Source: Gemmatimonadota bacterium
Lineage (GTDB): Bacteria > Gemmatimonadota > Gemmatimonadetes > Palauibacterales > KS3-K002
Length of the DNA stretch: 59,729 bases
Reading direction: 5' to 3'
NCBI GenBank assembly: GCA_041617795.1
Contig: JBFJOD010000003.1
Location: 1 to 59,729 of the forward strand
The notes below the pieces were generated by a model, which saw only the letters and a program-made list of their open reading frames with translations, was not told the origin of the DNA and made no database searches. The translations under genes and the position numbers were made by a program. How positions within the stretch are numbered: position 1 is the first letter of the stretch; each line of letters opens with the position of its first letter. Shown one piece after another: positions 19,571 to 28,908 of this stretch.

Positions 19571-21361
19571 ATGTCCACAGTGATAGCCTATCCCACCGGC
19601 GGCCAATTCCTGCTGGAGGATACCGCGCCAGCCGACGTCTTCACCCCCGAGGACTTCGACGAGACCCAGCGGATGATCGCGGACTCGGTGAAAGAGTTCA
19701 TCGAGCGGAGCGTGCTGCCGCACCGCGAGGAGTTCGAGTTCGGTAAGAAGATCGAGCTGGGGAAGCCGATGCTGCAGGAGGCCGGGCAAGCGGGTCTGCT
19801 GTCGGTGGACATACCCGAGGCCTACGGCGGGATGGGCTCCGACAAGGCGACCACCATGCTGGTAACCGAGATGATCTCCTGGTCGGGCAGCTTCTCCTGC
19901 TGGCACGGCGCCCAGACGGGCATCGGCACGCTTCCGATCGTCTACTTCGGGACCAGGGAACAGAAAGAGAAGTATCTGCCCAAGCTGGCGGTCGGCGAGC
20001 TGATTTCGGCCTATGCGCTGAGCGAGCCGGGCGCAGGCACCGACGCGCTGGCAGCCCGCACGACCGCGGTGCTCAACGATCAGAAGACGCACTACAAGCT
20101 CAGCGGCACCAAGCAGTATATCACCAACGCCGGCCTGGCCGACGTGTTCATCGTCTTCGCCAAGATCGACGGCGACAAGTTCACAGCGTTCATCGTCGAT
20201 CGCGATACCCCGGGTCTGAGCATCGGTCCCGAGGAACGCAAGATGGGGATCAAGGGCTCCTCCACCTGTGCCGTGATTTTGGAGGACGCAGAAGTTCCGA
20301 CGGACAACGTCCTGGGCGAGATCGGCCGCGGGCACGTCGTGGCGTTCAACATCTTGAACGTCGGCCGCTTCAAGTTGGGCGCCGGCACCGTGGGCGGCTG
20401 CAAGGTCGCCCTCGAGCATGCGGTCCCCTATGTGAACGAGCGTCAGCAGTTCGGGCGCCCGCTCAGCGACTTCGGACTGATCCGCGCTAAGATCGCTGAC
20501 ATCGCCGCCCGTACCTTCGTGGCGGAGTCGATGGTTTACCGCACCGCCGGGCTCATGGACCGGGCGATCGAGACACTCGATCCGGGCGCCGAGGACTTCG
20601 ACCGCCAGATCATCGAAAAGGTCGAGGAATTCACCATCGAGTGCTCGATGATTAAGGTCTTCGCCACCGAGTCGCTGGCGCTGGCCGCCGAGGAAGGCCT
20701 GCAGATGTTGGGCGGCTACGGCTTCTGCGAGGACTACCCGTTGGAACAGATCTACCGGGACGAGCGGATCAACCGGATCTTCGAAGGGACCAACGAGATC
20801 AACCGCATGTTGATCCCCGGGATGATCCTTAAGAAGGCGCTGAAGAAAGAGCTACCGTTCTTCGCCGCCGCCAAGCAGGTGGCTGAGGATCTGCTGGGGC
20901 CGCCGTCGTTCGCAGAAGCGGGCGAGCCCGGGTTCCTGGAGGATGAGGTTGAACTCGTCAACGCGATGAAGCAGGCGTGCGTGGCGGCACTGGGCTTCGC
21001 CGCCCAGAAGCACGGAGAGCACATCAAGGACCAGCAGGAGGTCCTCTCGGATGCCGCCGACATGGTGATGGAGACCTACGCCTGCGAGAGCGGTCTGCTG
21101 CGCGCGCTCAAGAGGGTGGCCGCGGAGGGCGAAGCTGCCGCCCGTCCGATGGCGGACATGCTGACGTTGTACGTCCACGATGCGATGGACCGCGTCGCGG
21201 TCTGGGGCCGCAACGTCCTGGCCCAGAGTGCCGAGGGGGATGAACTGCGGACGATGATGGCGGGGCTACGCCGGCTGGCGAAGCACGTGCCGGTCAATCG
21301 AGCGAAGCTCCACGACGAGATTGCCGCGCGCATCATCGAGGCGGAGCACTACGTGGTCTGA
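19571..21361 (+). CDS. fadE: Acyl-CoA dehydrogenase (594-aa Bacillus FadE type)
   Basis: YALSEPGAGTD, KMGIKGSST, RQQFGRPL, GGYGF, RINRIFEGTNEINR plus C-terminal helical extension. Confidence 0.93.
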   Translation: MSTVIAYPTGGQFLLEDTAPADVFTPEDFDETQRMIADSVKEFIERSVLPHREEFEFGKKIELGKPMLQEAGQAGLLSVDIPEAYGGMGSDKATTMLVTEMISWSGSFSCWHGAQTGIGTLPIVYFGTREQKEKYLPKLAVGELISAYALSEPGAGTDALAARTTAVLNDQKTHYKLSGTKQYITNAGLADVFIVFAKIDGDKFTAFIVDRDTPGLSIGPEERKMGIKGSSTCAVILEDAEVPTDNVLGEIGRGHVVAFNILNVGRFKLGAGTVGGCKVALEHAVPYVNERQQFGRPLSDFGLIRAKIADIAARTFVAESMVYRTAGLMDRAIETLDPGAEDFDRQIIEKVEEFTIECSMIKVFATESLALAAEEGLQMLGGYGFCEDYPLEQIYRDERINRIFEGTNEINRMLIPGMILKKALKKELPFFAAAKQVAEDLLGPPSFAEAGEPGFLEDEVELVNAMKQACVAALGFAAQKHGEHIKDQQEVLSDAADMVMETYACESGLLRALKRVAAEGEAAARPMADMLTLYVHDAMDRVAVWGRNVLAQSAEGDELRTMMAGLRRLAKHVPVNRAKLHDEIAARIIEAEHYVV

Positions 21362-21371
21362 CGTTACGTGC

Positions 21372-21737
21372 TCAAGCTTCGAGAAGCCAGGCGCGGGCGC
21401 TGTCGATATCGTTAAAGATCTCTATCTCCATGTTGCTGGCATAAGCGGCAAACATCCGGCTCATGCCGACCTGCACAGGCTGCGACACGACAAAGGCCAG
21501 CCGTGATCCGGCGACCCGCTCGACGCCGTGGAGCTGACGTCCCATCTCCTGAACCAGCTCGGCCGACGGGATGTTTTCTTGCTCGCGACGATCGCTCAGA
21601 ATCCGGAAGGGGCGTCGCATTTCCGGATCCGTCAGCAGGCGGGAGACGTGCTCCCGCTGCTCCTGCGCTGTGACGATACCCCGAATCGTCACGAGGGCGA
21701 TGCCCGCTTCGCCATCTATCTCGTATGAAATCGGCAA
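21372..21737 (-). CDS. STAS/SEC14-like (SpoIIAA-like) small protein
   Basis: TTG start with GAGGAG; RILSDRR, RLAFVVS..VGMSRMF, IEIFNDIDSARAWL pattern. Confidence 0.7.
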   Translation of the reverse strand: MPISYEIDGEAGIALVTIRGIVTAQEQREHVSRLLTDPEMRRPFRILSDRREQENIPSAELVQEMGRQLHGVERVAGSRLAFVVSQPVQVGMSRMFAAYASNMEIEIFNDIDSARAWLLEA

Positions 21738-21953
21738 CTAGCCACTCCTCTAGAAGCTCCAGCCTCAATCCTCTGGACGAATATTAGGCCGTCGGCCCCG
21801 GGGTTGGTAGAAGGGTCTGCTGGCGGCAAGAGAGAGACCGCCGAACCGGCGGGCGGGGCTTGGACGTGCCTGCGGTGGCCGTAGTTATTAGCTTGTCCAG
21901 ACACTAGGCACGAGAGCCAAGCGACCCTTCAGACTTCCACGCGGCGGCCGGCG

Positions 21954-23465
21954 GTGGACCTACGGACCAAGCTCGTCTTTGCCCTGGTGGCGGTTTCCCT
22001 GGCCAGCATGCTGGCGCTGGGTGCCGCCGCCTACAGACTTGCCAGCGAGTTCTTGACCGATAAGACGGAACGCCAGCTAATCTCGCTTGCCGAGACGAAG
22101 AAAGATGACCTGGAGAAGGTCATCAAGGGTTGGAAGGAACGCGTCTCACTCATCGCCAGTCGGACCCAGCTACGCGAAAGTCTCAAGAACTACAACGAAA
22201 CGCTGAGCAGCGAACACCAGAGGCGGATTTGGCGAATCCTCAGCGATGCGAGGCTGTCGGTCGACGCCTTCCACTCACTCGCGGTCTACGACATCGAGAA
22301 CCGTCTCGTCGCGGCGGCCGGGGTCGCGCCGGACCATCAGCATACGAGCCTGCCGGCCGCTCGGTTGACCGCTGGCGACACCATCAGTGCTCCGCAGATC
22401 CTCTTCAGCGATGATAACGAACTCTTGGCAGACTTCGTCGCGCCCATGACGCTGAATGCGGAGCGGATCGGCTCCCTCCACGTCGTCTCGAGAGCTCAGG
22501 AACTGATCGAATTGACCGAGAGTGTCACTGGGTTGGGTGAGACGGGCGAGACGATGATCGTGCTGCGCGACGCGTCGGGTACGACGCGGATGCTGCATTC
22601 GGCACGCCACACGAGCGATCAGCGCGGTGCGGTACTCGAGGGACCGGACGATCCGGCGGAGCGGGCGCTGCGCGGCGAGCCGGGCCCCTTCACTGAGGGA
22701 CTGGTCGACTATCGTGGCGAACAGGTCTGGGTGGCCACACGCTTGCTGGAGGAGGTGGGATGGGGCGTGGTCGTGAAGTTCGACGCGGCGGAGGAGCATG
22801 AGCCGATTCTGGAGTTCCGGCGGCGGCTGACGCGGCTTGGCCTCTCGCTTTCGGCCTTCGCGATTCTGCTTGGGGTCTTTCTGGGTCTGCGCTTCGCAAA
22901 GCCGATTCACCAATTGGCCGGTGTGGCGAACCGCATTCGACTCGGCGAACTGGACGCTCGAGCCGAGGTGGCCCGGGAGGACGAGATCGGGCTGCTTGCT
23001 CGCACGTTCAATCAGATGGCGGAGGAGTTAGAGCAGAGGATGACGCTGTTGCGTGAGTTCCAGAAATACTTCGACGTCTCGCTGGACATGCTCTGCATAG
23101 CCGACACAGACGGTTACTTCAAGCGAGTCAACCCGGCCTTCGAACGGATCTTGGGCTGGTCGACCCAAGAGTTGTTGAGCCGGCCGTTCATCGACTTCGT
23201 GCACCCGGACGATGTCGAGCCGACTTTACGGGAGGTCGAGAAACTCGCCCACGGCATCCCCACCATATCGTTTGAAAACCGTTACCGCTGCGCCGACGGC
23301 ACCTACAAACATTTGCTGTGGAACTCCTATCCTGAGCCGCAGACCGGGGTGCTGTATGCAATCGCCCGTGACGTGACCGAACTCAAGCAGGTGCACGAGC
23401 GGCTGCAGGCAGCAGACGAGCGCAAATCCTCGGATCAAACCCCACCGAACAGCGCTGCCACGTAA
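21954..23465 (+). CDS. Membrane sensor: TM-periplasmic (Cache-like)-TM-HAMP-PAS, no output domain
   Basis: Two TM helices; HAMP KPIHQLA..REDEIGLLARTFNQMAEEL; PAS DMLCIADTDGYFKRVNPAF..VHPDD..ARDVTE; stops about 25 aa later. Confidence 0.82.
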   Translation: MDLRTKLVFALVAVSLASMLALGAAAYRLASEFLTDKTERQLISLAETKKDDLEKVIKGWKERVSLIASRTQLRESLKNYNETLSSEHQRRIWRILSDARLSVDAFHSLAVYDIENRLVAAAGVAPDHQHTSLPAARLTAGDTISAPQILFSDDNELLADFVAPMTLNAERIGSLHVVSRAQELIELTESVTGLGETGETMIVLRDASGTTRMLHSARHTSDQRGAVLEGPDDPAERALRGEPGPFTEGLVDYRGEQVWVATRLLEEVGWGVVVKFDAAEEHEPILEFRRRLTRLGLSLSAFAILLGVFLGLRFAKPIHQLAGVANRIRLGELDARAEVAREDEIGLLARTFNQMAEELEQRMTLLREFQKYFDVSLDMLCIADTDGYFKRVNPAFERILGWSTQELLSRPFIDFVHPDDVEPTLREVEKLAHGIPTISFENRYRCADGTYKHLLWNSYPEPQTGVLYAIARDVTELKQVHERLQAADERKSSDQTPPNSAAT

Positions 23466-24385
23466 AACGCATAGCCCACCAGCAATACCACTCCCTCGCC
23501 GCGGCCGATCGCGGGCCGCCGCCACGCTAGATACGTCAGGACCAAGGCTGAAAAGAGCATCACCGGCAGGTCGAGCGTCAGAAAGCCGGGAGGCACCGGG
23601 ATCGGAACGGGACTGGCCAGCGCCGCGACACCCATGATGGCCAAGATGTTGAAGACGTTGCTGCCGATCGCCGTCCCAAGAGCGACTTCAGTTTGCCGCC
23701 GGGTGGCCGCGATCAGTGTCGTGGCAAGCTCCGGGAGTGATGTTCCGACCGCGATGATCGTGAGTCCCACAACGGTTTCGGAGACTCCCAGCTGACCCGC
23801 GACCTCAACCGCCGCCTCAACCATCATCCTCGCCCCAACCGGCAGTCCGATCGCTCCCACCACGATGAACAGCGCGATCATCCCGGCGGTGGTTGGCAGC
23901 CCGAGCACCCATTCCAGCGGAGCCGACTTCGTACTTTTCTGGGTACGGGCGGTCTCGCGCGCCGTGAACCCCGTCACCGCGGCTAGTCCCGCGAGCAGGA
24001 TGACACCTGTGACACGTGTCAGGTCTCCCGCCAGACAAAGAAGCATGAAGAGTACGCTGACGCCGAGCATGAACGTGCTGTCACGCTTCAACGACGGCTG
24101 GTTGCAGACTAACGGGTAAACGATGGCGGGTGCTCCGATGACCAGGAACGCGTTTGCGATGTTGCTGCCAACGACGTTTCCAATGGCGATACCGGGGAAG
24201 CCGCCGAGCGCGGCCAGCAAGCTGACGATCAACTCGGGTAACGACGTTCCGAAAGCGACGACGGTCAGTGCCACGACCATCTGGGACACACGGGCCCGGC
24301 GGGCGAAAGCGACGGCTCCTCTGACCAGCAGATCGCCACCCATCACGAGGTAGATGAGTCCACCGACGAACTGGATATAGATCAC
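23435..24385 (-). CDS. Ca2+/Na+ antiporter (CaCA, YrbG-like)
   Basis: Two alpha repeats GTSLPEL...GSN; about 10 TM helices. Confidence 0.93.
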   Translation of the reverse strand: MIYIQFVGGLIYLVMGGDLLVRGAVAFARRARVSQMVVALTVVAFGTSLPELIVSLLAALGGFPGIAIGNVVGSNIANAFLVIGAPAIVYPLVCNQPSLKRDSTFMLGVSVLFMLLCLAGDLTRVTGVILLAGLAAVTGFTARETARTQKSTKSAPLEWVLGLPTTAGMIALFIVVGAIGLPVGARMMVEAAVEVAGQLGVSETVVGLTIIAVGTSLPELATTLIAATRRQTEVALGTAIGSNVFNILAIMGVAALASPVPIPVPPGFLTLDLPVMLFSALVLTYLAWRRPAIGRGEGVVLLVGYAFYVAALFGGV

Positions 24386-24637
24386 GAGCCGCCGCGGGTG
24401 GGGGGGCCGGCCGTGTTAGTGAAGGCGGCACTGAGAGCAGGCGTAGTGCCCGGGAGTACGGCTACGAAACTGAAGACGAGCTGAGCGTAAAGGTTCATCT
24501 TCCAGAGCCGCGAGGATGGTTGGGTTCCCAATCTAACAGCCCCGACAAGTTAGTAATAACAGGCTGGCTGGGCACGCCGCATTCTGAATGGCTTCCACTG
24601 ACTCACCAGCTTATTGCCCGCGGTAAGTCGGCTGGCC

Positions 24638-25666
24638 TCAGGCGATCCGCAGCACCTTGGCCCCGCGGATCTTCCGAGTCTTGAGCTCCAGCAAAGCCCG
24701 ATTCGCTTCTTCAAGCGGGTATTCCTGGAACTCGGGCTTTATCTCGATCTCTGCCGCCAGCGTCAGCAACTCCGCCACATCCCGGCGCGTCACGTTTGCG
24801 ACGCTCTTGATTTCCTTCTCCGACCAGAGATGGGCTTGATAGTCCAGGTTTAGCAGATAGTCCTTGTCCACGTCCTCTTTGCGAATGGCGTTGATCACCA
24901 GTCGACCAGCGGGCTCCAGGTGGCGGAGCGCCTCGACGACAGGCTTCCAAACCGGGGTCGTGTCGATGATCGCCTTCAGCATGACGGGTGGTGTGTCCGT
25001 GGTGTCGCCGGCCCAAGCGGCGCCGAGCTCTTTGGCGAATAACCTTTCTTGTCCGCTCCGCGCGAATACGAAAACCTCGGTGTCGGGATAGCGGTGGCGA
25101 ACCATCTTGAGCACGAGGTGCGCCGACGCTCCGAACCCGGTCAGCCCGAGTGATTGGCCGTTTGTCAGTCCGGTCAGTCGGAGGGATCGATACCCGATCG
25201 CCCCGGCACAGAGGAGAGGTGCTGCCTGGCCGGCCGAGAAAGCCTCGGGGATTCTGTGGGCGAAGGTCTGCGGGACGGTCATGTACTCGGCATAGCCGCC
25301 GTTCACATCTCGGCCTGTCGCCCTGAACTCACCACAGAGGTTCTCATCCCCTTCACGACAATGCCGGCAACTTCCGCAGGCCGAGTAGATCCAGGCGATG
25401 CCCACCCGGTCACCAGGAGCGAAAGCGCCGGTGCCGCGGCCGAGCGCCTCCACGGTGCCAACCGCCTGGTGGCCCAGCACGATTGGAAGTCGAGGTGGGG
25501 GTGCTCGACCTTCGATTTCGTCTAGCTCGGTGTGACAGACTCCGCAGCAATGTACTTTTAAGAGGAGTTCGCCGGGTCCCGGCTCCGGGACCGGCAGCTC
25601 GACCATCGTCAGGGGATCAGATCGATCGGCGAGATCGCACAGCTTCTCCAAGATCATCGCCTTCAT
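24638..25666 (-). CDS. Zinc-dependent alcohol dehydrogenase family protein
   Basis: ATG 25666 (MKAMIL); CGVCHTELD, LGHQAVG, CGSCRHC..ENLC, PLLCAGAIGYR, GFGASAH. Confidence 0.93.
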   Translation of the reverse strand: MKAMILEKLCDLADRSDPLTMVELPVPEPGPGELLLKVHCCGVCHTELDEIEGRAPPPRLPIVLGHQAVGTVEALGRGTGAFAPGDRVGIAWIYSACGSCRHCREGDENLCGEFRATGRDVNGGYAEYMTVPQTFAHRIPEAFSAGQAAPLLCAGAIGYRSLRLTGLTNGQSLGLTGFGASAHLVLKMVRHRYPDTEVFVFARSGQERLFAKELGAAWAGDTTDTPPVMLKAIIDTTPVWKPVVEALRHLEPAGRLVINAIRKEDVDKDYLLNLDYQAHLWSEKEIKSVANVTRRDVAELLTLAAEIEIKPEFQEYPLEEANRALLELKTRKIRGAKVLRIA

Positions 25667-25776
25667 GGATCCACCCCCGCTAAACCGATTCGCTGCTGAA
25701 CCTGTCATTAGTCTGATGCCGCAGGCCGTTGGTCAGTCTAGACTGCCGGCGACCACCGATCAACTGGAGTGACGAG

Positions 25777-26007
25777 ATGCCTCTTGCTTTGCGATTTTGG
25801 CGCAATGCCCTGCTCTGGGGTAGCGGTCTCACTCTACTTCTCGTGGTGGTATCGCTGCTGGCCGGCCAGGCGCCGACCGAGGTTCTGCTGCACCTGCCGA
25901 CGTGGGCGGGCCTGGCCTTGGCCATCGCGACATTTCCCGCCGGAGCGGCAGTGCCTGCAGAAGTGCTATCTGACAGCGGAAGCTGGAGCAGAAGTGTAAA
26001 TGGGTAG
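25777..26007 (+). CDS. Short hypothetical membrane protein or gene fragment
   Basis: ATG 25777; two hydrophobic helices followed by an abrupt end. Confidence 0.4.
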   Translation: MPLALRFWRNALLWGSGLTLLLVVVSLLAGQAPTEVLLHLPTWAGLALAIATFPAGAAVPAEVLSDSGSWSRSVNG

Positions 26008-26302
26008 GGCCTCGATTCGCCAGCTCGATCAGGAAATCGAGCCGGCTCTCGGCTTCAGCAACGATGTGATGCGTAAGTTGGCGAACGCCGAGGCAGCGAA
26101 GCCGGGAAAAGTATCCGGCGGTTTGTTCGGCCTGATCAACCCGGTTCTGGCCGGCGCGACCGCGTTCTTCGCCCTTGCTCACGCCTACGCAGTCGGACCT
26201 CGGGTTCAATCCCTGACACCGATGCTACTTGCTTCGCTTGTCGTGGCCGTTGCTGTCTTCGTCCAGAGCCGCCTGAGCCGAGTCAAGCTTGCTCAAAATT
26301 GA
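26000..26302 (+). CDS. Short hypothetical membrane protein or gene fragment
   Basis: Overlaps the previous ORF by 8 bp; two C-terminal hydrophobic helices. Confidence 0.45.
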   Translation: MGRASIRQLDQEIEPALGFSNDVMRKLANAEAAKPGKVSGGLFGLINPVLAGATAFFALAHAYAVGPRVQSLTPMLLASLVVAVAVFVQSRLSRVKLAQN

Positions 26303-26953
26303 ATTGGAAGCGTCGTTCTAGGCGGGCAGTCTAAAAGTCGATCAACTCGAATACATCATCGAAATCTGGTAGCCAATCGCCGGCTTTGCCGACGGCCATC
26401 GCAGCATGATACGTCGCACACGCGTCTTGGCGGGTCGTCGTACCGCTGGGTGCGACCGGTACCCCCCGGGCGCAATCCGTATCGCCAGGCCGCCGGCTCT
26501 GTTGTGAAACGTCGTGATCAGTCATCTGGGGTCGCCGAACGTACCCTGACTTGCTGAATCGGTAGCGCCGCCGGGGGGCCGGACATACTCAACTAAAAGA
26601 CGATTAAGACCGGTCCACGGTCACCGACGGGCGTTTTCTCCCCAAAAAGGTAAGCGGGCCGACCGGCTGCGCACCGTTCGGCCCGTTCCCCAACTCTCTC
26701 TAGGCTGTGGGCTTGGGGTCCCATCACCTGTATAGACGAGCAAGGCGGCGAAAAGGTCACCAGCGCGGGTGGCGGTCTGCCAGCTTAGCCTGGCTGCAAT
26801 GCGGTAGGGCGCGGCGTCCTTGTATCTCGGGTTCAACTGTCCCATTTTTCTTTGGCCCTTCCAAGAGAAAAGAGGCTCGAGCTTGGTGCACCGCGCGGGC
26901 TGCGCGTCTTGAGCCGTTGCGGATTCGGTCATCGCAGTGAAGGAGGTGTAACC

Positions 26954-28405
26954 GTGCGTTGCCAGGAATTCCTCGCGGCAGTCGGTCTCTTGCTCGTAGG
27001 TGCGACAACAACGCTGCAGGCACAGCAGGCCCAGCGGCCCCGAATGGGTGCCGAAGGGGTGGAAGTCGAGCTTTACGGCGGTGTGTTCATCCCAAACGAG
27101 CCGGCTTTCCTGCCGACAGAGCCGCCATTCAATCTCGATCCTCGGGACCCGATCTTCGGTGCACGTCTCGGCTACACGTTCCCGCTCAACTTCTTCTTAC
27201 AGGGAGAGGTCGGCTACTCACCGCTGGCGTTCGTCCGTTCGGGTAGCGCGCGGAACGTGAACATGCTCGTCTACGGCGGTTCGTTGGGTTATAACCTTCA
27301 ACTGGCCCGACCGCTACAGTTCTTCTTGCTAGGTGGCGCCGGTGTGATTCACTGGGATGCTGACGGCCTGCGGCAAGAAAACAAGCTGAGGCTGCATGCG
27401 GGCGGTGGTTTTCGCGCTTTTCTCAGCCGCGCCGTGGCCATCCGTGTGGAATTCCGTGATCATATCGTTCCAGCGACGATGACTCAGATCCGTGAGGACC
27501 TGGTGCCGGGTTTGGTCGCGCCGGACGAGGCAACGCACAACTTCGAGATCAGTGGTGGTATCTCGCTGTTCTTCGACACACGCCGCGACAACGATGGCGA
27601 TGGGATCAGCAACGATTCCGACAGGTGCCCGAATACGGTCCGCGGTGTGCTGACCGACTCGCGTGGCTGTCCGCTGGATGGTGATGCTGATGGGGTGGCC
27701 GATCATCTGGATCGCTGTCCGGCCACGACGGCGGGAGTTCCGGTCGACGCGAGCGGCTGCCCGCTGGACGGCGACGGCGACGGTGTAGTCGATGGACGTG
27801 ACCTGTGTCCGAACACACCGATCGGCACCTCGGTCGATGAACGGGGCTGTGAGAAAGACAGCGATTCCGACGGGGTGCCCGACGGGCGCGACCTCTGCCC
27901 GAGAACGGCTGAGGGAATCGCAGTCAACGAAACGGGGTGTCCACTGGACGCCGACGACGACGGCATTCCGGATGGGCGTGACCGTTGTCCCAGCACGCCG
28001 CGGGGAAGAGCGATTAACGAAGAAGGCTGCAGTCGGATCGAATCAGGTCTGGAAGCGGGTCGGCTTATCCTATCGGAGATCTCGTTCCAAACCGGTAGCT
28101 CAGCGTTGCAGGCTGAATCCAGACGTGTGCTGGACGAAGTGGCCGAAGCCCTGACGGCACGGCCGAACATGGAAATCGAGATCCAGGGTCATACGGACTC
28201 GCAGGGCTCTGCGGCGGCAAACCTGCGACTGAGCGACCGGCGGGCGCGAGCAGTGTATGATTACCTGATCGGCACGTATCCGGGCCTCAATCGCAGCCGA
28301 TTCGTGGTACGGGGCTACGGCGAGACATCACCGATCGCGTCGAACGACACCGCGTCGGGTCGGCGGGCCAATCGGAGAGTTGAGTTCCTAGTGCTCAACC
28401 GGTGA
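26954..28405 (+). CDS. OmpA-family protein: beta-barrel, TSP3-like repeats, OmpA C-terminal peptidoglycan-binding domain
   Basis: GTG 26954 after AGGAGG; signal peptide; eight-strand barrel pattern; IQGHTDSQG..NLRLSDRRA..NRRVEF. Confidence 0.92.
   Translation: MRCQEFLAAVGLLLVGATTTLQAQQAQRPRMGAEGVEVELYGGVFIPNEPAFLPTEPPFNLDPRDPIFGARLGYTFPLNFFLQGEVGYSPLAFVRSGSARNVNMLVYGGSLGYNLQLARPLQFFLLGGAGVIHWDADGLRQENKLRLHAGGGFRAFLSRAVAIRVEFRDHIVPATMTQIREDLVPGLVAPDEATHNFEISGGISLFFDTRRDNDGDGISNDSDRCPNTVRGVLTDSRGCPLDGDADGVADHLDRCPATTAGVPVDASGCPLDGDGDGVVDGRDLCPNTPIGTSVDERGCEKDSDSDGVPDGRDLCPRTAEGIAVNETGCPLDADDDGIPDGRDRCPSTPRGRAINEEGCSRIESGLEAGRLILSEISFQTGSSALQAESRRVLDEVAEALTARPNMEIEIQGHTDSQGSAAANLRLSDRRARAVYDYLIGTYPGLNRSRFVVRGYGETSPIASNDTASGRRANRRVEFLVLNR
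27587..28030 (+). repeat. Five tandem ~90-bp coding repeats (DxDxDG..D.CP.T...GC; TSP type-3-like Ca-binding)
   Basis: DNDGDG..DRCPNT, DGDADG..DRCPAT, DGDGDG..DLCPNT, DSDSDG..DLCPRT, DADDDG..DRCPST at 30-aa period. Confidence 0.9.
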
Positions 28406-28485
28406 TTACCGGAGAGCGCAAAAGAGCGAGTCGCCGCCATGGTGCTGGAGCTTGATTAGCTGGTCACCATGGCGGCGTTTTTCCA

Positions 28486-28872
28486 TTGAGACCGGAGAGT
28501 GAGTTGACGTCCGAACCAGGCTCATCAACGGCCGCCCCGCAACCTCCTCGCCCCCGCGCCTTGAGTTGGTTCTGTGTGCTGTGCTGGGCTGCCCTGGCCC
28601 TCGCCGCACTGCCCATCTTGGGGCAGTTTGATGTCCTCGTATCAGCGGCACCCGCGCGACTGATCAGCGGATTAGGTGTTCTCGCATTGGCTGCGGCAGC
28701 TTTGTGGGGCTACTGGTCGCTGCGGCGCTGGGGGCTCTGGCTGAGCTTGCTCATCCTCGCGGTCAGGGTGGTTGTGGGAACGACCGGGGTGCTGACGTTG
28801 CGGCTCACCGACCTGGCGTGGCCCGCTGTCCTTGTTTCTGTCGGGCTCGTCTATTTTGGGCGGCTGCGTTAG
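28486..28872 (+). CDS. Hypothetical 4-TM membrane protein
   Basis: Four hydrophobic segments; co-oriented between ompA and the oxidase; start codon uncertain. Confidence 0.65.
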   Translation: MRPESELTSEPGSSTAAPQPPRPRALSWFCVLCWAALALAALPILGQFDVLVSAAPARLISGLGVLALAAAALWGYWSLRRWGLWLSLLILAVRVVVGTTGVLTLRLTDLAWPAVLVSVGLVYFGRLR

Positions 28873-28908
28873 CGATTCTACTGACCGCTCCAATTATTTG
28901 ATCCGGTT

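Noticed and set aside
24386-24637. yybP-ykoY riboswitch or hammerhead upstream of the Ca/Na antiporter
   Set aside because: Core motifs are absent on the coding strand; CTGA/GAAA elements are in the wrong order with no supporting stems.
26551-26710. c-di-AMP (ydaO) riboswitch suggested by GCTGAATC..GGGGGGCC
   Set aside because: The second GGGGTGAATC half and the CAGCTAAC 3' element are missing.
27587-28030. Regularly spaced repeats as a possible CRISPR array
   Set aside because: Degenerate in-frame protein repeats inside ompA; no identical DNA repeats and no cas genes.
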